Below, piece by piece: positions 19,152 to 27,625 of a DNA stretch of 64,000 bases. The stretch comes from an uncultured Ignavibacteriales bacterium (lineage in GTDB: Bacteria; Zixibacteria; MSB-5A5; GN15; FEB-12). Each line of letters begins with the position of its first letter. The first letter of the stretch is position 1. The notes under the pieces were generated by a model. The model had not been told where the DNA came from. It saw only the letters and a list, made by a program, of their open reading frames with translations, and searched no databases. The translations under genes and the position numbers were made by a program. The DNA lies in assembly GCA_964489705.1 (NCBI GenBank), contig CAZAZQ010000015.1:3393-67392 (forward strand), given 5' to 3'.

Positions 19152-19322
19152 GTTTTTTCGTTACTTCCTGCTTTCCTTGCTATCTTCTTTCCCTTGTATA
19201 TATTTATATTGTAGGTCTCTAAAATCGACAAAAAGTTGTCGGAATGTGATATACTTTTTGTTTCATCGTCCGTATAAAAAAACAGGTCACAGTGAAACTC
19301 TACATTGGGAAAGGAAAGAAGA

Positions 19323-19712
19323 ATGTCAAACGGGAAGCCCGCTCATGGGATGTTTTGTTGGAATGAATTGCTTACCCGGGATGTGGAAAGCGCCACCGCA
19401 TTTTATACGAAGCTTCTGGGTTGGAACGCCGCAGACAGCGGTATACCGGGAATGAAGTATACCGTTCTTCGGGTGGATGACAAGGATGCCGGGGGATTGA
19501 TGGCGATGCCGCCGGAGGTCCCCGCGGAAGTGCCGTCTCATTGGCTCTCGTACATTGCAGTCGATGATGTCGATGCCATGGCAAAGAAGACCGAGGAACT
19601 GGGAGGAAAAGTGATTACTCCCCCGCGGGATATTCCTAACATTGGAAGGCATTGTCTTATTCAAGATCCCACCGGGGCGGTGGTGGCGTTGATTACATTT
19701 ACTACTCATTGA
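19323..19712 (+). CDS. VOC (glyoxalase/bleomycin-resistance fold) family protein
   Basis: GMFCWNELLT..A..FY..LLGW and a C-terminal G..GG.......IP.IGR...IQDP.GA pattern typical of small VOC proteins. I chose ATG 19323, which follows AAGGAAAG. Confidence 0.7.
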   Translation: MSNGKPAHGMFCWNELLTRDVESATAFYTKLLGWNAADSGIPGMKYTVLRVDDKDAGGLMAMPPEVPAEVPSHWLSYIAVDDVDAMAKKTEELGGKVITPPRDIPNIGRHCLIQDPTGAVVALITFTTH

Positions 19713-19885
19713 GGGTTGAAAGAGCATAGCTGGACGGTTTCTTGCGGAACAAATCGTCGGCAAAATATGTCTATCTTATTGTATGGAAACTGCCGACAAA
19801 GGAACGAGACGTGAAAAGAATTGTTTTACTTGCCATAGGGTGGGTGTTACTTGTCGCGGTAAGCGGATGGTCTCAGGAGAAGAAA

Positions 19886-20737
19886 ATGGCATACCATGAG
19901 TTGAGCCCGGAAGAAGAACGGGTTATTATCCATAAAGGAACCGAGCCCCCTTTCAGTGGGGAATACTATTTGCATAGTGAGAAGGGTACCTATGTATGCA
20001 AACGATGTGGGACGCCGTTGTTTCGCTCTGACGACAAATTCGATGCCGGGTGCGGCTGGCCTAGTTTTGACGATGCGTTGCCCGGGGCTGTCAAACAAGT
20101 GCCGGATGCCGATGGCAGGCGGATGGAAATTGTCTGTGCCCGCTGTGGGGCACACTTGGGACATGTGTTCACAGGTGAAGGATTTACGGAGAAAAATGTC
20201 CGTCACTGCGTCAATTCCATTTCGTTGAATTTTATTCCTTCTGAAGAGAAAGTGAAAATGAAAAAAGCGTATTTTGCCGGAGGGTGTTTTTGGGGGGTGG
20301 AGTACTATTTTCAGCAGGTTCCGGGAGTGCTCTCGACACAGGTGGGATATATGGGCGGAAAGGTCGAAAATCCGACATACCATCAAGTTTGTACGGGGAA
20401 AACGGGGCATGTGGAAACCGTCGAGGTTACTTTCGACCCGGCTCAGGTTACCTATGAGGAACTGGCAAAGCTGTTTTTTGAAATTCACGACCCGACCCAA
20501 GAGGATCGACAAGGTCCCGACATCGGCGAGCAGTACCGTTCCGTTGTTTTTTGTGTAGACGACGAGCAACGCGAAACCGCCGAACGGCTGATTCATATCC
20601 TCAAGGAAAAGGGGTACGACGTGGTGACGAAGGTTGAACCTGCTCAGACCTTTTGGGAAGCGGAAGACTATCATCAAGAGTATTACAGAAAAAATCACGG
20701 ACAGCCGTATTGCCATTTCCGACAGAAGAAGTTTTAA
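19886..20737 (+). CDS. msrAB: Bifunctional methionine sulfoxide reductase MsrB-MsrA fusion
   Basis: MsrB half: CxxC pair, GWPSF and RHCVNS. MsrA half: GGCFWGVEYYF, GHVE.V.V.FDP and YHQEYY. ATG 19886 has AGGAG 7 nt upstream. In-frame upstream starts (GTG 19811, TTG 19742) would add a signal-like segment. Confidence 0.85.
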   Translation: MAYHELSPEEERVIIHKGTEPPFSGEYYLHSEKGTYVCKRCGTPLFRSDDKFDAGCGWPSFDDALPGAVKQVPDADGRRMEIVCARCGAHLGHVFTGEGFTEKNVRHCVNSISLNFIPSEEKVKMKKAYFAGGCFWGVEYYFQQVPGVLSTQVGYMGGKVENPTYHQVCTGKTGHVETVEVTFDPAQVTYEELAKLFFEIHDPTQEDRQGPDIGEQYRSVVFCVDDEQRETAERLIHILKEKGYDVVTKVEPAQTFWEAEDYHQEYYRKNHGQPYCHFRQKKF

Positions 20738-20933
20738 GAAACCCGTCAAGGTGTAAATGCCACGACATTTTCCTTACTTTATTCTGTCCCTTATCGTGTC
20801 GTTAAGATAAAGGGGAGGAATTTTTTATTTGCTCTTGAAAAGGGAACTCCGTAAACGTCTTTATGTTGCATAGCGAAAAGTGCAAAAACATATGGGGGCG
20901 CCGATAATTTCCCCAGCTCGTTGAGGAGTAGCT

Positions 20934-21803
20934 ATGAAAAAGAGCACATTTAATGCCAGAGGCTTGACTTCCTTTTTTATGACGTTCGGTTTCTTGGTCA
21001 TGTCCGTTACCGGTATCATTTTGTATTTTGAACCACAGGGGCGGGTCGCCTATTGGGTGACCTGGAGATTCCTTGGATTGACAAAAACGGATTGGGACAA
21101 TATTCATATTCTCTCCAGTCTTCTTTTCGTGGTGGCGGGTATTTTTCACCTCTATTTTAATTGGAAACCTCTCATGCACTACTTACGAGACAAAGTTGCC
21201 GGCGGTATTAGATTGAAACGAGAGTTTGCCGTGAGTATTGCCGGGTTGCTCATTGTTGTGGTGAGTGCGCTCTATCATGTTCCGCCGGTGGGGTATTTGC
21301 TTGACTTTAACGAATATCTCAAAGGGCTGTGGGTGTTTTCGCCCGAATATGAACCCCCCTTCGGTCATGCGGAGTTACTTTCGTTGAAAGTGTTTACCAA
21401 AAAGATGGATATTGACCTGACGAAAGCAAAGGCGGAGCTGAATAAGAACGGCATTAAAATAGTGAGCGATACCCTTTCCCTTGAAGAAATCGCCAGAGCC
21501 AACAATGTTTCACCGAAGGACTTGTATATGATAATAAAAAAGTACGAGTCTGTCCCAAATGGAGAATTTCCTCGGAGCTATACGCCGGAGGAGGTCGAGT
21601 TGGAGTTTGCCGGTTCCAACTTGGGAAGCAAGACGCTGAAAGTAATGTGCGCTAAAACCGGCGTGGATATGGAAACGGCACAAAAGCGATTGGCGGTGAA
21701 GGGATATGAAATGAGTGAAGATGATACTTTCAAAAAAGTTGCCGATAGGTATGGGGTTACGCCGATGGATATCTTGAAGACGGTGTTGGTTGCTGAGAAG
21801 TAA
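20934..21803 (+). CDS. Membrane protein: three N-terminal TM helices with conserved His (tentatively DUF4405-like) plus a duplicated soluble C-terminal module
   Basis: GAGGAG RBS upstream. TM segments with NIHILSSLLFVVAGIFHLYFNW. The C-terminal half contains two roughly 55-aa repeats (149-203 and 233-285). The family assignment is from memory only. Confidence 0.45.
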   Translation: MKKSTFNARGLTSFFMTFGFLVMSVTGIILYFEPQGRVAYWVTWRFLGLTKTDWDNIHILSSLLFVVAGIFHLYFNWKPLMHYLRDKVAGGIRLKREFAVSIAGLLIVVVSALYHVPPVGYLLDFNEYLKGLWVFSPEYEPPFGHAELLSLKVFTKKMDIDLTKAKAELNKNGIKIVSDTLSLEEIARANNVSPKDLYMIIKKYESVPNGEFPRSYTPEEVELEFAGSNLGSKTLKVMCAKTGVDMETAQKRLAVKGYEMSEDDTFKKVADRYGVTPMDILKTVLVAEK

Positions 21804-21927
21804 CCGCACCGTTTTCTTCCTTTTTTCTCCACTATCCACTAAAGTATCGCATGATGCGAAAAAGGCATTTTCTTTTTTAGCCGTCCCATATCTATTAATG
21901 AGAGAAAAAAGCGGGAAGTTTTTTCGC

Positions 21928-21956
21928 TTGACTTGATTTGTCACGGGGCATACATT
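21928..21956 (+). promoter_or_regulatory. Candidate sigma70-type promoter of the 12-gene cassette operon
   Basis: TTGACT (21928-21933), a 17-nt spacer and TACATT (21951-21956). This is the only good -35/-10 pair I see in the 288-bp gap upstream of 22092. Confidence 0.35.
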
Positions 21957-22091
21957 CACAAAAGTTATGTGAAGTTGGTTTTGAAGTACCAACGTGCCTA
22001 TTTCTGATAAACAGGTGAATTGCCTTGTGAGTGTTATACGGTTTTGCCTGTCCAGGCGGCGCTCATAGGGGAAACGTGAGGATAGTGCAAC

Positions 22092-23354
22092 TTGAAGTAT
22101 TTCACGTACACAACCAAACGACAGAGAGTTGGTTGGGGTTGTCTCTTGCTTATCGCTCTTTCCCTTTTTCCTTTTTCTTTCCTTCACGCCCAAGACGATA
22201 CGACGAAAACACAAGCGGTCGTCATTCCTCCGGACAGTATCCCTGAAGAATATTATCCTTTGCCGCCCACTAACGTCCGGGTAAAAGACGCCCCCAACGA
22301 CGCCGGTGGAACAGTGATTATCAGTTGGGATTTGTCGCCGGATGATTCTCTCGGCGGGAAAGTGATGGAATATGTCGTCATGCGGAGCACCTCACCCGAC
22401 GGTCCTTTTGAAGAGTTGGGCCGCACGGTACGTGGAAACAGCAATTTTACCGATAAGCAAGCCACGACGGGGGTGAAATTTTACTATAAAGTAGTTGCCC
22501 AGAATTTTGAAAAGAAGGACAGCGAGTATCTCTGGCGGGCTTCCAGCGAATCGGAGGTGGTCGGTCCGGTGACCTCCAAGCAGCAATGGTTCAACACCCA
22601 ACGGCTGAACATCCTGATCGGCATTCTTATCTTATGCGGTGCTATTATATACTTCATCTGGGCGGCGAAATCGGGGAAAGATTTTTACATTCGCAAAATC
22701 GCCGGTATTGAAGAAGTGGAAAACGCCGTGGGGCGCGCCACGGAAATGGGCAGCACTATTTATTATATTCCCGGCATCAACGACATGGACGACGTCCAAA
22801 CGTTAGCCAGTATGACTATTCTCGGGAAGGTTGCTGCCATTGCGGCGGAAAACGGCACCCGCATCGATGTGCCGGTTGCCCGCTCGATGGTTATGGTGAC
22901 GGCGAAAGAGACGGTCAAAGAAGCCTACAGCCGGGTGGGACGGCCGGATTCGTTCCAAGAAGACCAGGTACGCTATCTCACTGACGACCAATTCGGTTAT
23001 GCGGCTGCTATCGACGGCTTGTTCGTGCGGGAAAAACCGGCGACGATTTTCCTCATCGGGGCGTTCTTTGCCGAGTCGTTGATTATGGCGGAAACCGGGA
23101 ACAGTATCGGCGCTATTCAAATCGCCGGAACGGCGATGCCGGCACAGTTGCCGTTCTTTATCGCCGCCTGCGACTACACCCTCATCGGGGAAGAGCTGTT
23201 CGCTGCTTCGGCGTATCTCTCTCGGGAGCCGAAATTGCTCGGTTCTTTGAAAGGGCAGGACGTAGGAAAGGCGGTTTTCTTGCTGGCGATTCTTATTGGA
23301 GTGGTGTTGGAGCTTTTTGGCGTGGAAGTCCACCGACTGTTTTCAGCGCAATGA
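22092..23354 (+). CDS. Cassette 1 subunit A: signal peptide, Fn3-like ectodomain, TM anchor, conserved ~230-aa partly hydrophobic C-terminal domain; function unknown
   Basis: TTG start. Signal peptide GCLLLIALSLFPFSFLHAQ. Fn3 pattern (GGTVIISWDLSPDD..YVVMR..FYYKVVAQN). TM helix LNILIGILILCGAIIYFIW. The conserved block RKIAG..GRATEMG..DDVQTLA..FFAESLIMAETG..IQIAGT..QLPFFIAACDYTLIGEELFAASAYL is shared with 25687 and 29402. Confidence 0.75.
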   Translation: MKYFTYTTKRQRVGWGCLLLIALSLFPFSFLHAQDDTTKTQAVVIPPDSIPEEYYPLPPTNVRVKDAPNDAGGTVIISWDLSPDDSLGGKVMEYVVMRSTSPDGPFEELGRTVRGNSNFTDKQATTGVKFYYKVVAQNFEKKDSEYLWRASSESEVVGPVTSKQQWFNTQRLNILIGILILCGAIIYFIWAAKSGKDFYIRKIAGIEEVENAVGRATEMGSTIYYIPGINDMDDVQTLASMTILGKVAAIAAENGTRIDVPVARSMVMVTAKETVKEAYSRVGRPDSFQEDQVRYLTDDQFGYAAAIDGLFVREKPATIFLIGAFFAESLIMAETGNSIGAIQIAGTAMPAQLPFFIAACDYTLIGEELFAASAYLSREPKLLGSLKGQDVGKAVFLLAILIGVVLELFGVEVHRLFSAQ

Positions 23355-23367
23355 GAAGGACTGAAGG

Positions 23368-24042
23368 ATGAAACGAGAAATTCCTCTGGCAATAACGTTT
23401 ATAGCAGGTATTTCCTTTGCCATTGCCTATTTTATTCCTCATTGGCCCTTTGGAAAGCTGGAAAAGTGGTTCAACGATTGGCTGGTAATTGTCTTTGCCT
23501 TTGCCATTTGGCTGGGCGCGCTGAACTTGCTGAAAATATCGTTTATGAAAATTATCAATAAGAAGTCCGATTGGCCTCATGCGGCGCTTATTATCATCTC
23601 ATTTTTCGTTATTGTCATAATCGGATTTTATGAGGGGTATCGCGGTTTGTATGCCAATCCGCCTTTTTCCTTCCGTGATCCCGGCACCGGTTTCGATTGG
23701 CTCTATGTCAACGTCTATTCGCCGCTGTCGGCAACAATGTTCGCCCTCTTGGCGTTCTTTGTCGCTTCGGCGTCGTACCGGGCTTTCCGGGCACGGAATT
23801 TCGAAGCGACCTTGCTTTTGCTCGCCGCCTTTTTCGTCATGTTGGGCCGGGTGCCTATCGGAGATTTGCTGACCTCGTGGTTGCCGAAAAGTTACCAGAT
23901 GTCTCAGTGGGCGACGTGGATTATGAACGTGTTGAATACCGCCGGTCAACGGGCGATTATGATAGGTATTGCTTTGGGGCTGGTGTCTACGTCCCTCCGA
24001 ATCATCTTGGGTCTTGAGCGTTCATACTTGGGAGGCGACTGA
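23368..24042 (+). CDS. Cassette 1 subunit B: ~220-aa polytopic membrane protein; function unknown
   Basis: About six hydrophobic segments. The motifs TMFALLAFFVASASYRAFRARN.EATLLL, GQRAIMIGI.LG and LRIILG.ERSYLG are shared with 26948 and 30936. Confidence 0.75.
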   Translation: MKREIPLAITFIAGISFAIAYFIPHWPFGKLEKWFNDWLVIVFAFAIWLGALNLLKISFMKIINKKSDWPHAALIIISFFVIVIIGFYEGYRGLYANPPFSFRDPGTGFDWLYVNVYSPLSATMFALLAFFVASASYRAFRARNFEATLLLLAAFFVMLGRVPIGDLLTSWLPKSYQMSQWATWIMNVLNTAGQRAIMIGIALGLVSTSLRIILGLERSYLGGD

Positions 24043-25025
24043 TGAATAAGAAAGAGCTTATCGCAACAATTGCCATTATTCTCTTTTTCTTGTTCTGTTA
24101 TTTTATCCTGCCGAAGCCGGTGTCGTTTTCTCCCACGGTGTCGGTCATTATCATCATCCTGATGCTCGGGGTTTTGGGTATTATCTTTGTCCGCACCGTC
24201 GCCGGTCGGTTTGTCAGTCGCCGGATGGTTTTCTTGTTGGTCGGTGTGGCGTTGTTGTTGCCGTTCTTTATGAAGTTCCCTCTGCCGATTCAAGTGTCGC
24301 CGGAAGTGCAGTCGATTTACGATGCGCTGGAAAAACTTCCGCCGGGCTCCAAGGTACTGGCGTCGTTCGACTATGATCCTCCCTCGGCGCCGGAGCTTCA
24401 ACCGATGGCGGATGCTTTTATGAAGTATGCGTTCGAACATGGGTTGAAGGTCATCATCATGGGTTTATGGCCCCAAGGTCCTCAGCAAGCGGATCAGGCG
24501 GTGCAAGCAGCGTTTGCGGAAGACCCGGAGTTGAGAAAGAAAATCAAGTACGGCGTAGACTACGTTAACTTAGGTTTCCAATCGGGGAATGAGTTCGTCA
24601 TCCTGCGGATGGGGGAAAATTTCAAGGCTATGTTCCCAACCGACTTGTATAATACTCCCTACGATTCCATTCCGTTGTTGAAAAACGTGACCAGTTTTTC
24701 CAACGTTGACTTCGGTATCAACTTCTCCGCCGGTAAGCCGGGGACGGTCGAATGGGTACAGATTGCCGTCGACCGTTACAATCTACCCATTGCGGCGGGC
24801 AATACGGCGGTGCAGGCGCCGATGGCGTATCCGTACCTGAAAGCCAATCAGTTGGTCGGGTTGATGGGAGGAATGGCTGGAGGGGCGGAATTTGAAAAAG
24901 CTACCGGTAAGATCGGAAAAGCAACGACCTATCTTCTCTCGCAGTCGTTTGCCCATATGGTAGTCATAATTTTTATCATCATCGGTAATGTTGCCTTCTT
25001 ACGTGAAAAGAGGGAGAAGTTATAA
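24042..25025 (+). CDS. Cassette 1 subunit C: membrane-anchored protein with an alpha/beta-looking soluble domain flanked by N- and C-terminal TM helices; function unknown
   Basis: Shares the motifs L.PGS.VL.SFDYDP....EL.PM, GLKVI, DYVNLG, FPTD....P.DS.P and the C-terminal TM AHMVVIIFIIIGN with 27612 and 31608. The start overlaps the B1 stop (TGATG). Confidence 0.75.
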   Translation: MNKKELIATIAIILFFLFCYFILPKPVSFSPTVSVIIIILMLGVLGIIFVRTVAGRFVSRRMVFLLVGVALLLPFFMKFPLPIQVSPEVQSIYDALEKLPPGSKVLASFDYDPPSAPELQPMADAFMKYAFEHGLKVIIMGLWPQGPQQADQAVQAAFAEDPELRKKIKYGVDYVNLGFQSGNEFVILRMGENFKAMFPTDLYNTPYDSIPLLKNVTSFSNVDFGINFSAGKPGTVEWVQIAVDRYNLPIAAGNTAVQAPMAYPYLKANQLVGLMGGMAGGAEFEKATGKIGKATTYLLSQSFAHMVVIIFIIIGNVAFLREKREKL

Positions 25026-25669
25026 TGGGTTTTTGGGATGTCTTCGGGGTCTGGTTGGCGGCGGCGCTGACGTTGGGTATTATCTCTTTTTTATATAAAG
25101 ACAACATCTTTTACAAGGCGTGTGAGGCAATCTTCGTCGGTATATCAGCCGGGTATTGGTTTATTGTCTTCTATTGGGATAACCTGTACAAAAAGTTTTG
25201 GGTGCAGGTAACCGACCCGACCAACCCGGAATGGTACGTCCCGTGGTTCGGGTTTATCCTGGGTATCTTAATGTTGACCCGGCTTTTCGGAAAAATCGGG
25301 TGGTTGTCTCGCTGGCCTCTCGCCTTTATTGTCGGGGCGGTTGCAGGCTTGTATATGATGATTTACTTCGTCTCCAACGCCATGGTACAAATCGCCGCCA
25401 CCATCGAACCATTCAGTCCGGCTCTGCTTGGCGGTTGGCAGGATATCGTCGCCAATGCGTTCATCGCCGTCGGCACTTTCTGCGGCTTGGTCTATTTCTT
25501 TTTCTCCAAGGAGCATCGTGGTTTCTTCGGAGGTGCAGCCCGCATCGGTATCTGGTTTTTGATGATTACTTTCGGTGCTTCTTTCGGATACACGGTGATG
25601 AGCCGTATGTCGCTGATGATAGGCAGGCTGGATTTCCTGTTTGGAACCTGGTTGGGAATGATAAAATAG
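25025..25669 (+). CDS. Cassette 1 subunit D: polytopic membrane protein; function unknown
   Basis: Shares the motifs SFLYKDN.FYK..E..FVG.SAGYW, LSRWPLAFIVG and YFFFSKEH.G.FG...RIGIW.LMITFGASFGYTVM.R.SL with 28533 and 32495. The start overlaps the C1 stop (TAATG). Confidence 0.75.
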   Translation: MGFWDVFGVWLAAALTLGIISFLYKDNIFYKACEAIFVGISAGYWFIVFYWDNLYKKFWVQVTDPTNPEWYVPWFGFILGILMLTRLFGKIGWLSRWPLAFIVGAVAGLYMMIYFVSNAMVQIAATIEPFSPALLGGWQDIVANAFIAVGTFCGLVYFFFSKEHRGFFGGAARIGIWFLMITFGASFGYTVMSRMSLMIGRLDFLFGTWLGMIK

Positions 25670-25686
25670 TGCTTCCGTTCAATTGG

Positions 25687-26937
25687 ATGAGTATACTTCA
25701 GAGAATTCGACTTCCCGTGTGTTTTATCGGTATTGTCTTCTTACTGCTTCCGCTGGTGGGGTGGGCGCAGGGACAACCTCCCGTCGGTGATAGCGACTCT
25801 CTCTCCCAAGATACTACTCAGGTTCTCGTCGAACCGGTAACCTCTCTGATTGCCGCCAATCACGTCTATGACGACGGGAAAATTATCGACCTGTCGTGGG
25901 TACCTTCCATTGACGATCAACCGGTCGGCGGGAAAGTGCTCGGCTACAAAGTATATAGGGTCGAAAAAGGGCGCGAGCCGGTGCTTATCGCCGAGCTTCC
26001 ACCCGGCGCCAACAGCTATCAAGACCAAACGGTGGAGCGGGAGAAAGAATATCGCTACTATGTTTCCGCTGTCTCTACGGACAACACCGAAGTGCCCTCG
26101 CGGATGACGGAATGGGTACAGGCAAAGCGGGAGTGGATAAATTTTGACAGAAAGTACCTTTTCTTGATGGCGGTGATTATCTCAGCGGCGGTCATCTATT
26201 TTGTCGAGACGGCAAAGCGGGGGAAAAAGCTTTTTGTACGGAAAATTGCCGGATTGGAAGCCATCGATGACGCCGTCGGCAGAGCGACGGAAATGGGGCG
26301 GCCGGTCTTGTTCATTCCCGGTATCCATGACATGGATGATGTCCAGACGTTGGCGGCATTGACTATCTTGGGAAGAGTTTCGCGAACCATCGCTGATTAC
26401 GACACCAAAATTTTCATGCCGGTGGCGCGTTCGCTGGTAATGACGGCGGCGCGGGAAACGATTAAAGCCTCGTACCAGGCGGCGGGACGACCGGACGCTT
26501 ATTCCGACGATATGGTCAACTATGTGACCGACGAGCAATTCGGCTATGTCGCCGCTGTGGACGGCATCATGGTGCGGGAGCGACCGGCGACCGTTTTTCT
26601 TTTAGGCGCTTTCTTTGCCGAATCGCTGATTCTGGCGGAAACCGGCAACTCGGTCGGAGCCATCCAGATTGCCGGCACGGCTCGTCCGGCGCAGTTGCCC
26701 TTTTTCATCGCCGCCTGTGATTTTACTCTCATCGGCGAGGAGTTGTTTGCCGCCTCCGCTTATTTATCGGGAGAGCCGCGGTTGTTGGGTTCTTTGAAAG
26801 GGCAGGATGTCGGGAAGGCGATTGCCATGATTGTCATAGTTCTTGGTGTGCTTGCCGTGACGGCGGCGGAAGCCTGGCATATCGGCTTCATGCAAGATAT
26901 ATACCATTGGCTGAACCAAGTATTTTCAACGAACTGA
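25687..26937 (+). CDS. Cassette 2 subunit A (paralogue of 22092..23354)
   Basis: Signal peptide LPVCFIGIVFLLLPLVGWAQG, an Fn3-like domain, a TM helix and the conserved C-terminal domain, with 139/194 identical residues to A1 by hand count. I chose ATG 25687. GTG 25669, overlapping the D1 stop, is an alternative. The track's 25198 start runs through D1 in another frame. Confidence 0.75.
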   Translation: MSILQRIRLPVCFIGIVFLLLPLVGWAQGQPPVGDSDSLSQDTTQVLVEPVTSLIAANHVYDDGKIIDLSWVPSIDDQPVGGKVLGYKVYRVEKGREPVLIAELPPGANSYQDQTVEREKEYRYYVSAVSTDNTEVPSRMTEWVQAKREWINFDRKYLFLMAVIISAAVIYFVETAKRGKKLFVRKIAGLEAIDDAVGRATEMGRPVLFIPGIHDMDDVQTLAALTILGRVSRTIADYDTKIFMPVARSLVMTAARETIKASYQAAGRPDAYSDDMVNYVTDEQFGYVAAVDGIMVRERPATVFLLGAFFAESLILAETGNSVGAIQIAGTARPAQLPFFIAACDFTLIGEELFAASAYLSGEPRLLGSLKGQDVGKAIAMIVIVLGVLAVTAAEAWHIGFMQDIYHWLNQVFSTN

Positions 26938-26947
26938 CGGGGAAACG

Positions 26948-27625
26948 ATGAGACGCTTTGTACCATTGATGATAACTTTTGTGGTCGGGACGGTATTAAT
27001 CGTCTCGGTGTTCATCCCCCCCTTTGAAAACTTGGAGCGCACCTTTACGCTCTTTTTCGATATTATCGCCGTCTTTGCGTTCTTTCTCGGCGGCGGCAAT
27101 CTCTTACGGGTGCATATCAACAAACTGCGCTACCGCAAACGGGATTGGGGCTATTCCATTGTCACGGTGCTCGGCTTTACGGTGATGTTGGTTATCGGGT
27201 TGGGGAAATTGGGAGCGCCGGGGGATATTTCCACCGCCGTTGACAACCCTGACTCGCTTTTCTATACGATTTTTGAGACGGTTCTCGTACCGTTGCAGTC
27301 GACGATGTATTCGTTGCTGGCGTTCTTTGTCGCGTCCGCGTCGTATCGCGCCTTTCGCGCCAAAAACAAAGAAGCGACGCTGCTGTTGGTGGCGGCATTT
27401 ATCATCTTGTTGGGACGGACTCCGTTCGGAACCTTGGTGACCGGCTGGATCCCCGAATCGTTTTCCCTTCTCCAAATCCCCAACCTTGCCATCTGGATTT
27501 TGAACTCTCCGAATCTTGCCGGACAACGAGCGATTATGATAGGCATCGGTCTGGGGGTGATTTCCATGTCCTTGCGGTTAATCCTCGGCGTGGAACGCTC
27601 TTACTTGGGAGATGACAATGCCTAA
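26948..27625 (+). CDS. Cassette 2 subunit B
   Basis: Colinear with B1 and B3 and carries the same motifs (STMYSLLAFFVASASYRAFRAKNKEATLLL, GQRAIMIGIGLG, LRLILGVERSYLG). Confidence 0.75.
   Translation: MRRFVPLMITFVVGTVLIVSVFIPPFENLERTFTLFFDIIAVFAFFLGGGNLLRVHINKLRYRKRDWGYSIVTVLGFTVMLVIGLGKLGAPGDISTAVDNPDSLFYTIFETVLVPLQSTMYSLLAFFVASASYRAFRAKNKEATLLLVAAFIILLGRTPFGTLVTGWIPESFSLLQIPNLAIWILNSPNLAGQRAIMIGIGLGVISMSLRLILGVERSYLGDDNA

Noticed and set aside
19152-22091. Functional link between the che cluster and the triplicated cassette (e.g. the cassette as a che-controlled motor)
   Set aside because: Three unrelated genes (VOC, msrBA, membrane protein) and separate promoter regions intervene. Nothing in the cassette resembles a stator, rotor or CheY-binding element. 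The idea is pure speculation.
25198-25686. Upstream extension making cassette-2 subunit A a 579-aa ORF
   Set aside because: The extension overlaps subunit D1 in another frame and translates to Arg/Gly-rich nonsense. The A1/A3-like signal peptide begins at ATG 25687 (or GTG 25669).
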